A DNA stretch of 64,000 nt from Octopus bimaculoides (lineage: Eukaryota): positions 191,130,323 through 191,194,322 of the forward strand of contig NC_068981.1 of assembly GCF_001194135.2 (NCBI RefSeq), written 5' to 3'. The position numbers were made by a program, and so were the translations under genes. This document shows positions 13,732-25,206 of the stretch, in pieces. The notes beneath the pieces are model-generated. The model did no database searches. It was not told where the DNA came from and saw nothing but the letters and a program-made list of their open reading frames with translations. Every line of letters starts with the position of its first letter. Positions within the stretch are counted from its first letter, which is position 1.

Positions 13732-14004
13732 GTAAGTTCTTTTATACAATTTGTTTTTTTTCTATCTTTTACACACACACACACACACACACATATACAC
13801 TCACATACACTCATACACTGATTAATTATTGTCTTAAATGAGATAGTATAAACAGTTAAGCTTGCTTCCTAACCATATGGTTCCGGGTTCAGTCCCACTG
13901 TGTGACACCTTGAGCAAGTGTGTTTTACTAAGCCTCAGGCCAACCGCAACCTTGTGAGTGGATTTGGGAGGCGAAAACTGACTGAAACCCAACATATATA
14001 TCTA

Positions 14005-14232
14005 TTTCTTTAGTGCCCACAGAGGGCTAAACATATAGGGGACAAACAAGGACAGACAAAGGGATTCAGTTGATTATATCAACCCCGTAACTGGTACTTA
14101 ATTTATCGACCCCAAAAGGATGAAAGGTAAAGTCAACCTTGACAGAATTTGAACTCAGAACATTATGGCAGACAAAATACCGCTTAGCATTTCACCCAGA
14201 GTGCTAACAATTCTGCCAGCTTGCTGCCCATC
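14005..14232 (-). mobile_element. SINE family B, full length
   Basis: Same blocks. Other copies at about 10010-10290(-), 12105-12300(+), 19585-19800(+) and 44375-44575(+). Confidence 0.85.
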
Positions 14233-14247
14233 ATATATATCATCATC

Positions 14248-14620
14248 ATCATCATTTAATGTCCATTTTCTATGCCGGCATGGGTTAGACGGTTTGAGTG
14301 GAACTAGTAAGCTGGAGAGCTGCACCAGGTTCCAGTCTGATCTGGTATGGTTTCTACAGTTGGATGCCCTTCCTAATGCCAATCACTCCGAGAGTGTAAT
14401 GGGTGCTTTTTATGTACCACCAGCACAGGTGCCATTTACATGACACCAGTAATGGCCACGACTACAGTTTCGCTTGGCTTGATGAGTCTTCTTAAACACA
14501 GCATATTACCAAGGTCTCCGTCCTTGTCATCATCTCTGTGAGGCTCAACATTCAAAGATCATGCTTCATCACTTCGTCTCTCGCCTCTGTGAGGCCCAAC
14601 ATTCAAAGATCATGCTACCA
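14248..14620 (-). mobile_element. Older RTE 3' fragment
   Basis: Same tail (TTTAATGTCCATTTTCTATGCCGGCATGGGTTAGAC, CAGTTGGATGCCCTTCCTAATGCCAA) plus an ORF2-end remnant containing a duplicated CTCTGTGAGGC.CAACATTCAAAGATCATGCT. Confidence 0.75.
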
Positions 14621-14989
14621 GCAAGAGCTACAATTACAATTTCATGAGTGTCATTTACATGAAACAAACAACAGTCATGACTGTGATTTCACTTGCATTG
14701 ATGAGTCATGTGTGTGTGTGTGTGTGTCTTTTTTGCCTGTGTTTGTGCCCCCCCCCCATTATTTGTTCCCCCATTACTCCTTGACAAACAGTGTTGGTAT
14801 GTTTATGTCCCTGTAACTTAGCAGTTCAGCAAACGAGACCGATAGAATAAGTACTAGGCTTAAGAAATAAGTCCTAGGGTTGATTTGTTCGACTAAAAAT
14901 AAACTCTTCCAGGCAGTGATCCAGCATGGCCACAACCAAATCACTGAGACAAGTAAAAGGATTAAAGAATTAAGGAATGAATATCCTCC

Positions 14990-15467
14990 AATTTGCTTTT
15001 GGTCTTAGATACACTTGAATAATTTACAGTAGAGTACCATGGCAGACACCCATAAAATTATTAACCATCTTACTAACAATAACTCTGAGCACCTTTTCAA
15101 ACTCCACCTGTCTAACACCTGTCTAACACCTGTCTAACACCTGTCTAACACCTGTGGACATGTTTACAAAGTCAGAAAACAGCACAGCTCCCATGACTTT
15201 CGGAAACACTTTTTCATGCTAAGAGTTGCTGAAGTATGGAACAAACTGCCAGCATCAGTTGTTAGTTGTCGGAACACTGCATCCTTCAAAACTTCCATGC
15301 TTCCTGAGATTCACCAACACTACACCTGATTTTCTCCCCTCCATACACACGCAAGCATGTATCTGACTCATACACTGTTCACTTTCCAGACATCTGTACA
15401 ATTCTGCATATGCTTTATGCACACTTTTGACAAGTTGTAGTGCACCTGAGCACTGTATACAATAATT

Positions 15468-15528
<61 letters not shown>
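14990..15528 (+). mobile_element. CR1-type LINE 3' end with 3' UTR and (ATT)n tail
   Basis: Shares CATCCTTCAAAACTTCCATGCTTCCTGAGATT and the preceding sequence with the 47645-48080 copy, encodes HVYKVRKQHSSHDFRKHFFMLRVAEVWNKLP, and ends in (ATT)n. Confidence 0.85.
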
Positions 15529-15529
<1 letters not shown>

Positions 15530-15876
15530 TACTTGGTAGGTCAATTCTTTACTTCTTTACCAGTAATACTAAAATATATTTAGTAAAATTACTTAAAAGT
15601 GTCTAAATAAGATTTTTTAATTTATGCTCAACAATATTTATTAAAATGCATTTCTAAAAACATTAAGCATTATGATATATGTTAGTACTTATTTAGAAGT
15701 AATTAAGCATTAAAGTCATTTTTTTATTATTATTTTTACCTGTCTTGTATAATAATTCTCATATCTTATTGCTTTTTTGGAATTACGATTTTTGTTACTT
15801 TGCATTCCTGACAATTAGCTCTCCAATAAAATATTTTGCATGGCTTATTATTGTTCATTAATTTCAATGTCTTCAG

Positions 15877-15917
<41 letters not shown>

Positions 15918-15928
15918 ACGCGCGTGTG

Positions 15929-15960
<32 letters not shown>

Positions 15961-16789
15961 CGTGTATATATATATATATGTGTGTGTGTGTATATATACA
16001 TATATATACACACACACACACACATTTGTGTGTGTTATATATAACATTAAAATAATTATTTTTGACAGTCATTTTTTTTTTTTTTATCTATTTTTATTTT
16101 TTTGAGATATGGTTATGAGGATAAATTTTATATTTGTCTTTGATTACAAAAATTATTTTTTTAAATTAGCTAGATTTGTAATTTGAAAGCTCTAATGGTA
16201 GTTAAAATATTTGATAAATGTTTTACTGATAGAATAATGTTGAAAGGTGGGGGAGAGAGATTTGGTTTCAGTTGTTAGATTTAGAAAACAACTTTCGGTT
16301 TTTTGTTGAATTTTATTTTCCTCAGAAGATTACTTCTGTAATTTTGTCTTTCATTGGAATGAATCCAATATTTATTTAAACTGAGATATAATTACAAATA
16401 ATTTTAATATTTTCCAAATGATTTGAAAGTATAACAGTATGTATGTGCAGGTGTGGTTGTATGGTAAGAAGCTTGTTTCCTAACCACATGGTTCTGGGTT
16501 CAGTCCCACTGTGTGGCAAGTGTCTTCTAATATACCCTCAAGTCAACCAAAACTTTGCGAATAGATTTGGTTGACAGAGACTGAAAGAAACCCATCATAT
16601 ACATAGTTCTAGGTGTTGGAAGAAAGTTAGCTTCAAGCAATCCATAGTAAATATAAAAAAACAACTTTCAGAAAGAACAGTGGTTTATTGAGACAGAAAG
16701 TTGTGGATTGTTTTCTTATCGAAGTTCGATAAATTGACAAAAGTTCTTTTTATATTTCACAGTAGGCAACCAGGCTTGCCAAGTATGTG

Positions 16790-17400
16790 AATAAGAATAC
16801 AAGAGGTCAGGAATAGAGTAGACAAGATCCGGGCTACATATATTTCATAGCAAGCGGAACCTCAGAAGTGGTAAATCAAGATATTCTTGCCCTGAAGNNN
16901 NNNNNNNNNNNNNNNNNNNNNNNNNNNNNNNNNNNNNNNNNNNNNNNNNNNNNNNNNNNNNNNNNNNNNNNNNNNNNNNNNNNNNNNNNNNNNNNNNNNN
17001 NNNNNNNNNNNNNNNNNNNNNNNNNNNNNNNNNNNNNNNNNNNNNNNNNNNNNNNNNNNNNNNNNNNNNNNNNNNNNNNNNNNNNNNNNNNNNNNNNNNN
17101 NNNNNNNNNNNNNNNNNNNNNNNNNNNNNNNNNNNNNNNNNNNNNNNNNNNNNNNNNNNNNNNNNNNNNNNNNNNNNNNNNNNNNNNNNNNNNNNNNNNN
17201 NNNNNNNNNNNNNNNNNNNNNNNNNNNNNNNNNNNNNNNNNNNNNNNNNNNNTGTCATACCGGCCATGACGAAGGGAAATAGCCCTGAAACTCGAGTCGC
17301 CTTTATATACTTATATTTATATATTTGATCCTTTATATTGAACACTCAATATTTCATCTACATTCAATACTTTATTTCATGGTGCCATCCATTTTTATTT
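16790..17400. mobile_element. Penelope-like element terminus (pLTR) spanning an assembly gap
   Basis: A hammerhead-like motif at 17262-17301. 16800-16875 matches about 21490-21560 in inverted orientation, and AATCAAGATATTCTTGCCCTGAAG matches about 21446-21469 in direct orientation. Confidence 0.55.
17262..17301 (+). ncRNA. Minimal type-I hammerhead ribozyme-like motif (one core deviation)
   Basis: GGC-C[A]TGACGA-AGGG(AAATAG)CCCT-GAA-ACTCGAGT-C-GCC: stem I GGC/GCC, stem II AGGG/CCCT, self-complementary stem III ACTCGAGT, UC cleavage site. Confidence 0.55.
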
Positions 17401-17525
17401 TATTTTATTTTATATTATATATTGTATATTCCATATTCTATACCCCACATTGGTTCTGCAGGAATATAAATAAAACATAAAAAACAGACAGTGTTGGAAC
17501 TCTTTTAAACAAAATAATATATATA

Positions 17526-17561
<36 letters not shown>

Positions 17562-17590
17562 TGTATGTATGTATGTATTGTCAACAAGCA

Positions 17591-17650
17591 GTTTAGCTTA
17601 ATGGTAAAGCACTCATCCTTTGAGGGATGTGGGTTCGAGTCCCATAGCAG
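17591..17650 (+). other. tRNA-like sequence (pseudo-tRNA or SINE head)
   Basis: A-box TAGCTTAATGGTAAAGC with D-stem GCTT/AAGC and B-box GGTTCGAGTCC with T-stem GTGGG/CCCAT; the anticodon arm is shortened and the acceptor stem does not pair. Confidence 0.55.
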
Positions 17651-18085
17651 TTTGTTGATAAGTTATATACACTCTTGGAGTGGTTGGCGTTAGGAAGAGA
17701 ATCCAGCTGTAGAAACTCTACCAGATCAGATTGAAGCCTGGTGCAGCAATCTGGTTCATCAGTCCTCAGTCAAATTGTCCAACCCATGCTAGTATGGAAA
17801 GCGGACGTTAAACGATGATGATGATGGTGATGATATATATCATTGCAATCTGATAGCCCCTCCAACTCTATATATACCCAGGTCTTTCACCACTTACTCA
17901 CACTCTTTAATCATACTCCCTTTGCAATATCCTGTCACTTATATTATGGCATTTGAACCTGAAGGGTATGCCCTGGCACTTGCCACTATCTATATATCTC
18001 TCTTCCTTTACTCAACTAACCCATTTATACTCTGATCCCTGTTCCTTGTGAGTATGCCCAGCATTTTGCCATCATCTCCATCCTG

Positions 18086-18172
<87 letters not shown>

Positions 18173-19237
18173 TCTCCTGCACTTCCCTCAGGTTGGCAAC
18201 TATGTATTTTCTTTGTGGTAACATACCTGTTTCTGTCTTCATTCCTGATCTTTCTCTCTCTGACCAGGTGACCTTGTACTTCTTCGGCAAGACACCTGTA
18301 TCTGTCTCGCTATAACCTTTTCCTCATCACCTCCTCCAGTGCTTCCTCCCTTCTTAAAAGTTTTTGTTTTGGTTACCCTGTAAGTACTTGATGACCCTGT
18401 CAGTGCATGCAGGTGCCACTTAAAAAGCACCCAGTCCACACTGTAAAGTGGTTAGTGTTTCGAAGGGCATCCAGCTGTAAAACCTTGCCAAAACTGACCT
18501 CGCCTGTGTTTGTGCCACATAAAAAGCCCTAAGTCCACTCTGCTGAGTGGTGGGTGTTAGGAAGGGCATCCAGCTGTAAAAATCCTGCCAAAACAGTCAC
18601 AGAAGTCTGGTGCAGACTTCGGCCTGGCTGGCTCTTGTACCATTCCACCCATGCTAGCATGGAACACGGATGTTAAATGATGATGATGATATCTATACTC
18701 TCGAAATAGTTGGTGTCAGGAATGGCATCCAGCCATAGAAACCATGTCAAATCAGACTGGAGCCTGGTGCAGCCTTCCAGCTTGCCAGCCCTGGTCAAAC
18801 CGTCCAACCCAGACCAGCATGGACAGCAGACATTAAACGATGATGATGTTGTTGTTGTTGATGATGATGATGATGATCTGTGTGTCTTTTTGTCTGTATA
18901 TGTTTCCCACCATCACTTGACAAGTAGTGTTGGTGTGTTTATGTCCCCATAACTTAGCATTTTGGCAAAACAGACTGATATAATAAGTACCAGGCTTTAA
19001 AATAAAGCACTGGGGGTCAATTCATTCAACTGAAAATTCTTCATGGTGGTGCCCCAGCATGTCCACAGTCTAATGACAGAAACAAGTAAACGATATAAAT
19101 TTCAGCATATTGTAAATATTGTAAATCAAACAAACTATTTGAGTACATTTTTGTGTAATTTAACTTCATTTCGTTCAGTTGGTTTCTGGATTTCAAAAGT
19201 CCAGTAAAACATTTAGAATTTTATCTTGTTAAGTTAC

Positions 19238-19310
19238 CTGTGAGGTCAGTTAATCTAAAATATCTTGAGCGAATGTCTTGTTGTTGACGTCTGACTTTAT
19301 TTAACATCAA
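19238..19310 (-). CDS. Candidate exon: LMLNKVRRQQQDIRSRYFRLTDLT
   Basis: Minus strand aactaaccttagaatttcctcag| (branch point plus acceptor), open frame, donor ACAG|gtaact; phase 0 to 1. Confidence 0.4.
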
Positions 19311-20936
19311 CTGAGGAAATTCTAAGGTTAGTTGTAACTAATAAAATAAGTTTGCAACGATAACACAAATTACATTTTTTTAAATGACATTCTATGGATG
19401 TGTTTCAGTCTAGTTTTCGCAATAAATGATGTTTGCTTTTAGTCTTTCCATTGTTTTAATGTAAAAGAAGAGTTTTCTCAATCTACTGAATGCCAGGGTG
19501 TGTGTGTGTCTGTGTATGTGTGTGTTAATTCTTTCATTAATATTGTTCAAATGCAAAATTAAATCAATATGTAGGAGAGGTTTGAGGTGGCAAGGTGACA
19601 GAATCGTTAGTACACTACACAAAATGCTTAGTGGTATTTTGCCTATCTATATTCTGAGTTCAAATTCCTCTAAGATTGACTTCGTCTTTTATCCTTTTGG
19701 AGTCAATAAAATAAGTACCAGTTGTGTTCTGGGGTCAATGTAATCAACTTATCCACTTCCCCAAAATTGCTGGCCTTGTGCCAAATTTTGAAACAAATAT
19801 ATGGTAGAGGTTTAGACTAGTAAACTTAGGTATTGTAGAGAAACCAGTCCAAATATCTGCTTCAGAACTGATATGACTTCAATCTTTTCCAGGTATTTAA
19901 AAATAAAAATATTAAGATTTCCCTGAACCAAACCATTCTAAATCTAAAGTTTTGTGTACTCCAAGAAATGAAAGGTTCTTTATTTCAATAAAATTGTAAT
20001 CAAAACTTTTACAGTTTTATATGGCTTCCATCATCACTAATGAAATCACTTATAGTGAAGGAAACCTCTATGCTTGACATAGCAGCTAAATCTCAGCCCA
20101 CACTAAAGGAAGTGCACATTGGATAATGGAACCATGAACATACAGAAAGACGGGATGGTCAAGGCTGGAACATCTTTAATCAGTCTTAACTTGGAGCTAA
20201 CAACAACAGCAAACATTAAACAACTCTGTGATTAAGAAACTCACTTTTAGAACCATTTGCTTTTCAAAGTAAGCCTCTTCACCACATCGCCATGCCTGCA
20301 CCTCTTCTTGACTAATAAATGTGAAAATTGAATAAATCTATGGAATAATGTTAAAGAATTAATGATATATTCCTTCAACGTTTTTGCTTGTTTTCATATA
20401 TTTATACATATATATATATATATATATATAATTATATATAAATTTAATAATGAGGGTAGAAATTAGGTGATGCATTAAGCAAATTATTCTTTATTTGAGG
20501 AAGGGTTAATAACCAGAAAGGGCATCAAGCCATAAAGCAATGTCTNNNNNNNNNNNNNNNNNNNNNNNNNNNNNNNNNNNNNNNNNNNNNNNNNNNNNNN
20601 NNNNNNNNNNNNNNNNNNNNNNNNNNNNNNNNNNNNNNNNNNNNNNNNNNNNNNNNNNNNNNNNNNNNNNNNNNNNNNNNNNNNNNNNNNNNNNNNNNNN
20701 NNNNNNNNNNNNNNNNNNNNNNNNNNNNNNNNNNNNNNNNNNNNNNNNNNNNNNNNNNNNNNNNNNNNNNNNNNNNNNNNNNNNNNNNNNNNNNNNNNNN
20801 NNNNNNNNNNNNNNNNNNNNNNNNNNNNNNNNNNNNNNNNNNNNNNNNNNNNNNNNNNNNNNNNNNNNNNNNTAGGTGATTTGGCATCTATTTCTAGCAT
20901 ATAAGAGTCCACTTTGGTGGTCATTCCTCTTAATTT

Positions 20937-20975
<39 letters not shown>

Positions 20976-21730
20976 GCCTCTTCCCACTTCATAAATTTAC
21001 AAGTACATACGCCAACATGCTTCATACTACTACTTCATACTGTAAACATGTTCACCACACACAATATACATTTCTTAATTGAAAGCTAGTAGTAGCCACC
21101 ACGATTCTTTTCCGTTCTCTCTTGCTTTCTTCATGAATACTTTTTTCTCCTCCTTGACCAAAAATATTTCCCCACCCTCTGCTCTCCACATCTTTTTTTT
21201 CAAATACCACTCCCCTTGCTAATTTCTATGATTTGGCCAAAATAGCTCTATTGAATATTACTAGTCAAATAACCTTGCTTAAATTCCTCATTCTTCTCCC
21301 TCTCTTATTTTTTCTTATTTTTTCCTTTTCTTAATCATAATTTCTCTCTACATTTATATTCTCCACTCCTGTACTTTCTACACACTCTGATTGAATCTTC
21401 CATGTGTTAACATGTACCTCCTTGCAACAATGTAAACCTTCATTTAATCAAGATATCCTTGCTCTGAAGAGTAGCCTGCGGTATACACCTCGCTTGGATA
21501 TTTACCACTTTTGAGGTTCCGCTTGCTATGAAACATATGTAGCTCAGATCTTATCCATACCTTAACTCTTGTATATATATACAAATATTCTATAATTATA
21601 AACATAATTATAATCAGGAGTCAGCTAATTGCTTCACCAAGCACTGAATTTTGAAATTGGAGTTAAAATGCCTTTTCTGCTACCATAAAGATCTCGCAGA
21701 CAATAACACACTTTTTTACGTAGTGATATT

Positions 21731-22073
21731 ATCATCATCATCATCATCGTTTAACGTCAGCTTTCCATGCTAGCATGGGTTGGACGATTTGACAGAGGAC
21801 TAGTGAAACCGGATGGCAACACCAGGCTCCAATCTAATTTGGTAGAGTTTCTACAGCTGGATGCCCTTCCTAACGCCAACCACTCAGAGAGTGTAGTGGG
21901 TGCTTTTACGTGTCACCCGCACGAAGGCCAGTCAGGCGATACTGGCAATGGCCACGCTCAAAATGGTGCATCTTATGTGCCACCCGCACAAGAGCCAGTC
22001 CAGGGGCACTGGCAACGATCTCACTTGGTCTCACTTGGCTTGCTGGGTCTTCTCACGCACAGCACATTTCCAG
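21731..22073 (-). mobile_element. Young 5'-truncated RTE insertion
   Basis: (GAT)n tail plus 3' UTR reaching back to the ORF2 end (LWKCAVREKTQQAK*). About 4 mismatches over about 175 bp against the 30421 and 63670 copies. Confidence 0.88.
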
Positions 22074-23710
22074 AGACATTGCATTATGGCTGGATGCCCT
22101 TTCTGGTTATTAACCCTTCCTCAAATACAGAATAATTTGCTCAATGCATCATTGAGAGTGCAAAACAGTACTCAGTTTATCAACTGGGGAAATGACAATG
22201 TCACTGCTTGTGACCCAGCAATTTTCAAAGAAGTACAAATGCAAACAAGCACACAACTATGCACACACAAACACACACACACACACACACACACAGGGCT
22301 TCTTTCAGTTTCCATTTTCTGCATTACTGCCAATTTCCACAATCTGACCATAAGTAAATACACCATAAACATTCGAATTTTTAGGTATTTTCTTCATTTT
22401 TAGGTATTTTCTTCAGGACTGAACAGTTGACTTATGTTGTGACTTAAAAATGAGATCTTTTACAAAAGCCATGAAAATTCACAACTGCAGCATTTATTCT
22501 GAATTCTAACAAAATTTCAGAACCAACTTAAAATTTTTTTTTTTTTTTGTTAATGAAATAATAAAAAAAAAACCCTGATAATTTCCTCCTATTCTTAATT
22601 ATTTTAATTTAAATATAGATTATTTTTTAAAATCAATCAAGTAGATTGCTAATGAAAATCTATGCATGAGTAAGACGAATATTGTTTGACTTGGTACTAT
22701 TGTGTTTGTAATGTTTAACAAAAATTCTTTGATTTAGATTTTATTTATTTATTTATTTGATTTTGGTTTAATTAATATGTTCCATAGATATGCTCTAGAA
22801 ATATAGATTGTGTTGAATAATTTAATCATAATGAGAATTTTAGTTGTAGCTTTCTTGGTTTAATCATATTAAGAAAATTATGGCAAAATCACATGAGGAA
22901 AATAAAGATGGTAGCATGAGAAGAATCAATGAAATGATTTAATTACAACCACAGAATGGTGAGAAAGTTTCAGAAAATGTTAGAAAATTTAAGATAAGAA
23001 AAGAACAGAACAACATATTTATTAGGCTGAGGCAATGGAAACTAGTTTGTATTTTATTATAATGAAGCCATTGATGTAGAAGTTGTGTTAATAGGGGATC
23101 GTAATCAGAAACTGTTTATGGATAGTAGTTGTAATTGTTATCTAGGGATTTCATTTGAATAATTTAATAGATTAATAAAGAAAATACCATTATTGTCAAT
23201 CTTTAGTCATTTCTGTCAATAGTCCTAGAATTCACAGGGCTGGTTATCTGGTTTCCTGGTGACCGAGATTAAAATATTTCCCCCTGAATAGGATACCAGT
23301 CTGTCATAGGGTGACTCATTTACAGATGAATAGACAATGTGAAATGAAGTGTTTTGCTCAGAAACACAACAGACCACCCAATCCAGAAATTGCAAAATCG
23401 TAGCTGCAACACCCTAACCATTGGGACAGGTGACTTCACTAAGTAAACAAGGTTGATTAAGTACTTATTATAATTACATCCTCAGTTATGGGATTTTGCA
23501 GGGTGGCGGGGCAGGTGTTTCATTTGGCCAACACAAATCAAGTACAAAGTATCTGTCTAGAAGACCCTTGCTCAAGGTGCAGCACAGTGGGGCTAAACCC
23601 AAAACAAGTGTTAGCAAAGTGAACTTCTTAATGACCATTCTTAGAGATATGTTAACCATAAATATATCTCAGTATCGATGTCTCAAGAGGAAAAGTAACT
23701 GTTTCATATT

Positions 23711-24270
23711 TTAACCCTTTTCTTACTATATTTCTGCCTTTGATTAATTTTGAAAAGAATGAAAAATTTGTAAAGAATAAAAAGTTTTGAATGGTACAAC
23801 AATGCACTATAATACAAAAAATGGACTAAATACCTGTTGTAATTTAGTTATCCATAGTCCGATGATATTTCGGAATACCATTCCTTCTTCAGATATTCTT
23901 AGATGGAGTCGCTGCTATAATCTGTTTTCCGACGGTTTTTTTGTTTTCGGAAGCATCTTAGCAGTGGTCTCACAAAGCTCCTTCCAGAATTCCTCATGAC
24001 AAGTGTGTGAGGTCGGCTGTGTCTCAATCTCGTGTGCGTTGGTACATCTGTAGTGCTGCTTCTAAGTTATGTATTATACGTGCAGCTTCCTTTTTTTCCT
24101 CTTCTCTTTTTTTTTAGTTATAAACAATGAAAAATTTATTGAAATATGTTTGTCAGTATTAAGCTGGTGTTATGGAATTTCAATGGAAGGTTTTAATTAC
24201 GATTACTTTAAATGAAAGACAACCGTAGAAGTACAGATGACCTCAGGCAGATTGTTGTCAAAAGGGTTAT
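23711..24270 (-). mobile_element. piggyBac-like internally deleted element with a possible transposase remnant
   Basis: TTAACCCTTTT left end and AAAAGGGTTA(T) right end. The interior minus frames give HTCHEEFWKELCETTAKMLPKTKKPSENRL and CIVVPFKTF, loosely like a piggyBac C-terminus. Confidence 0.5.
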
Positions 24271-24589
24271 ATTCATAATATAAAACACTTCTAAATTTTT
24301 TTTACTCCTATTCTTTCCTGCTTTGTTAATATTAATGTTTAATCTAAGGCGGCGAGCTGGCAGAAACATTAGCATGCCAGGCGAAATGCTTAGCGGTATT
24401 TCATCTGCCGAAAAACACCTACCACACTCTCGGAGTGGTTGGCATTAGGAAGGGCGTCCAGCTGTAGAAACCCTGCCAGATCAGAATGGAGTCTGGTGCA
24501 GCCTCCCAGCTTGCCAGTCCCCAGTCAAACCATCCAACCCATGCCAGCATGGAAAGTAGACGTTAGATGATGATGATGATGATATTTTG

Positions 24590-24745
24590 TTTTAATTTCT
24601 TGTGAAGAGATTAGGGTCCAAGCAAGACTGGCATAATTCATAACTGATTCTTGGTACCTTGTTGTTGTTCTTTCCCTTGTGTTGGCCAAATGTACTTTCC
24701 CGAAGTAGTCAAGTATGTTTAAGCATGGTTCTGTTATCATTTCTC
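24590..24745 (-). mobile_element. Degenerate LINE post-RT fragment
   Basis: LANTRERTTTRYQESVMNYASLAWT resembles the Y...VR..MEYAS..W motif of CR1/L2-group ORF2; the match is short. Confidence 0.45.
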
Positions 24746-25142
24746 ACTTCTGTGTACATTGTAAACAAAGATAAAATACAAAATTTCTAGTATTTGTGCA
24801 TATTGCTTTGTTTGTGAGATACATTTATGATGCTAAATACGATGGAAACATGTATTTGATGTTATCTGGTACTTCTGCTAAGAAAGGAAACAGTAGATGT
24901 GTTGATAGGTGAGGTACTAATTTAAATTTCTGCTGTTTTGGAGCCAGAATTCTAAGATGATTTATGTAAGGTTGGAGTTGTTATACAGCTGAATCTGGAG
25001 ATTGGTTGGAGGATATGTTTTGGAGCCGTGTTTCTATGTTCACAGATCAGTGATCAAAACAAGCACACTGTTAGAAGCAACACATAGATATAAGGTTCAC
25101 AGATTTTTATCAACGCTACCACAATCACTAATATAAGCATTG

Positions 25143-25206
<64 letters not shown>

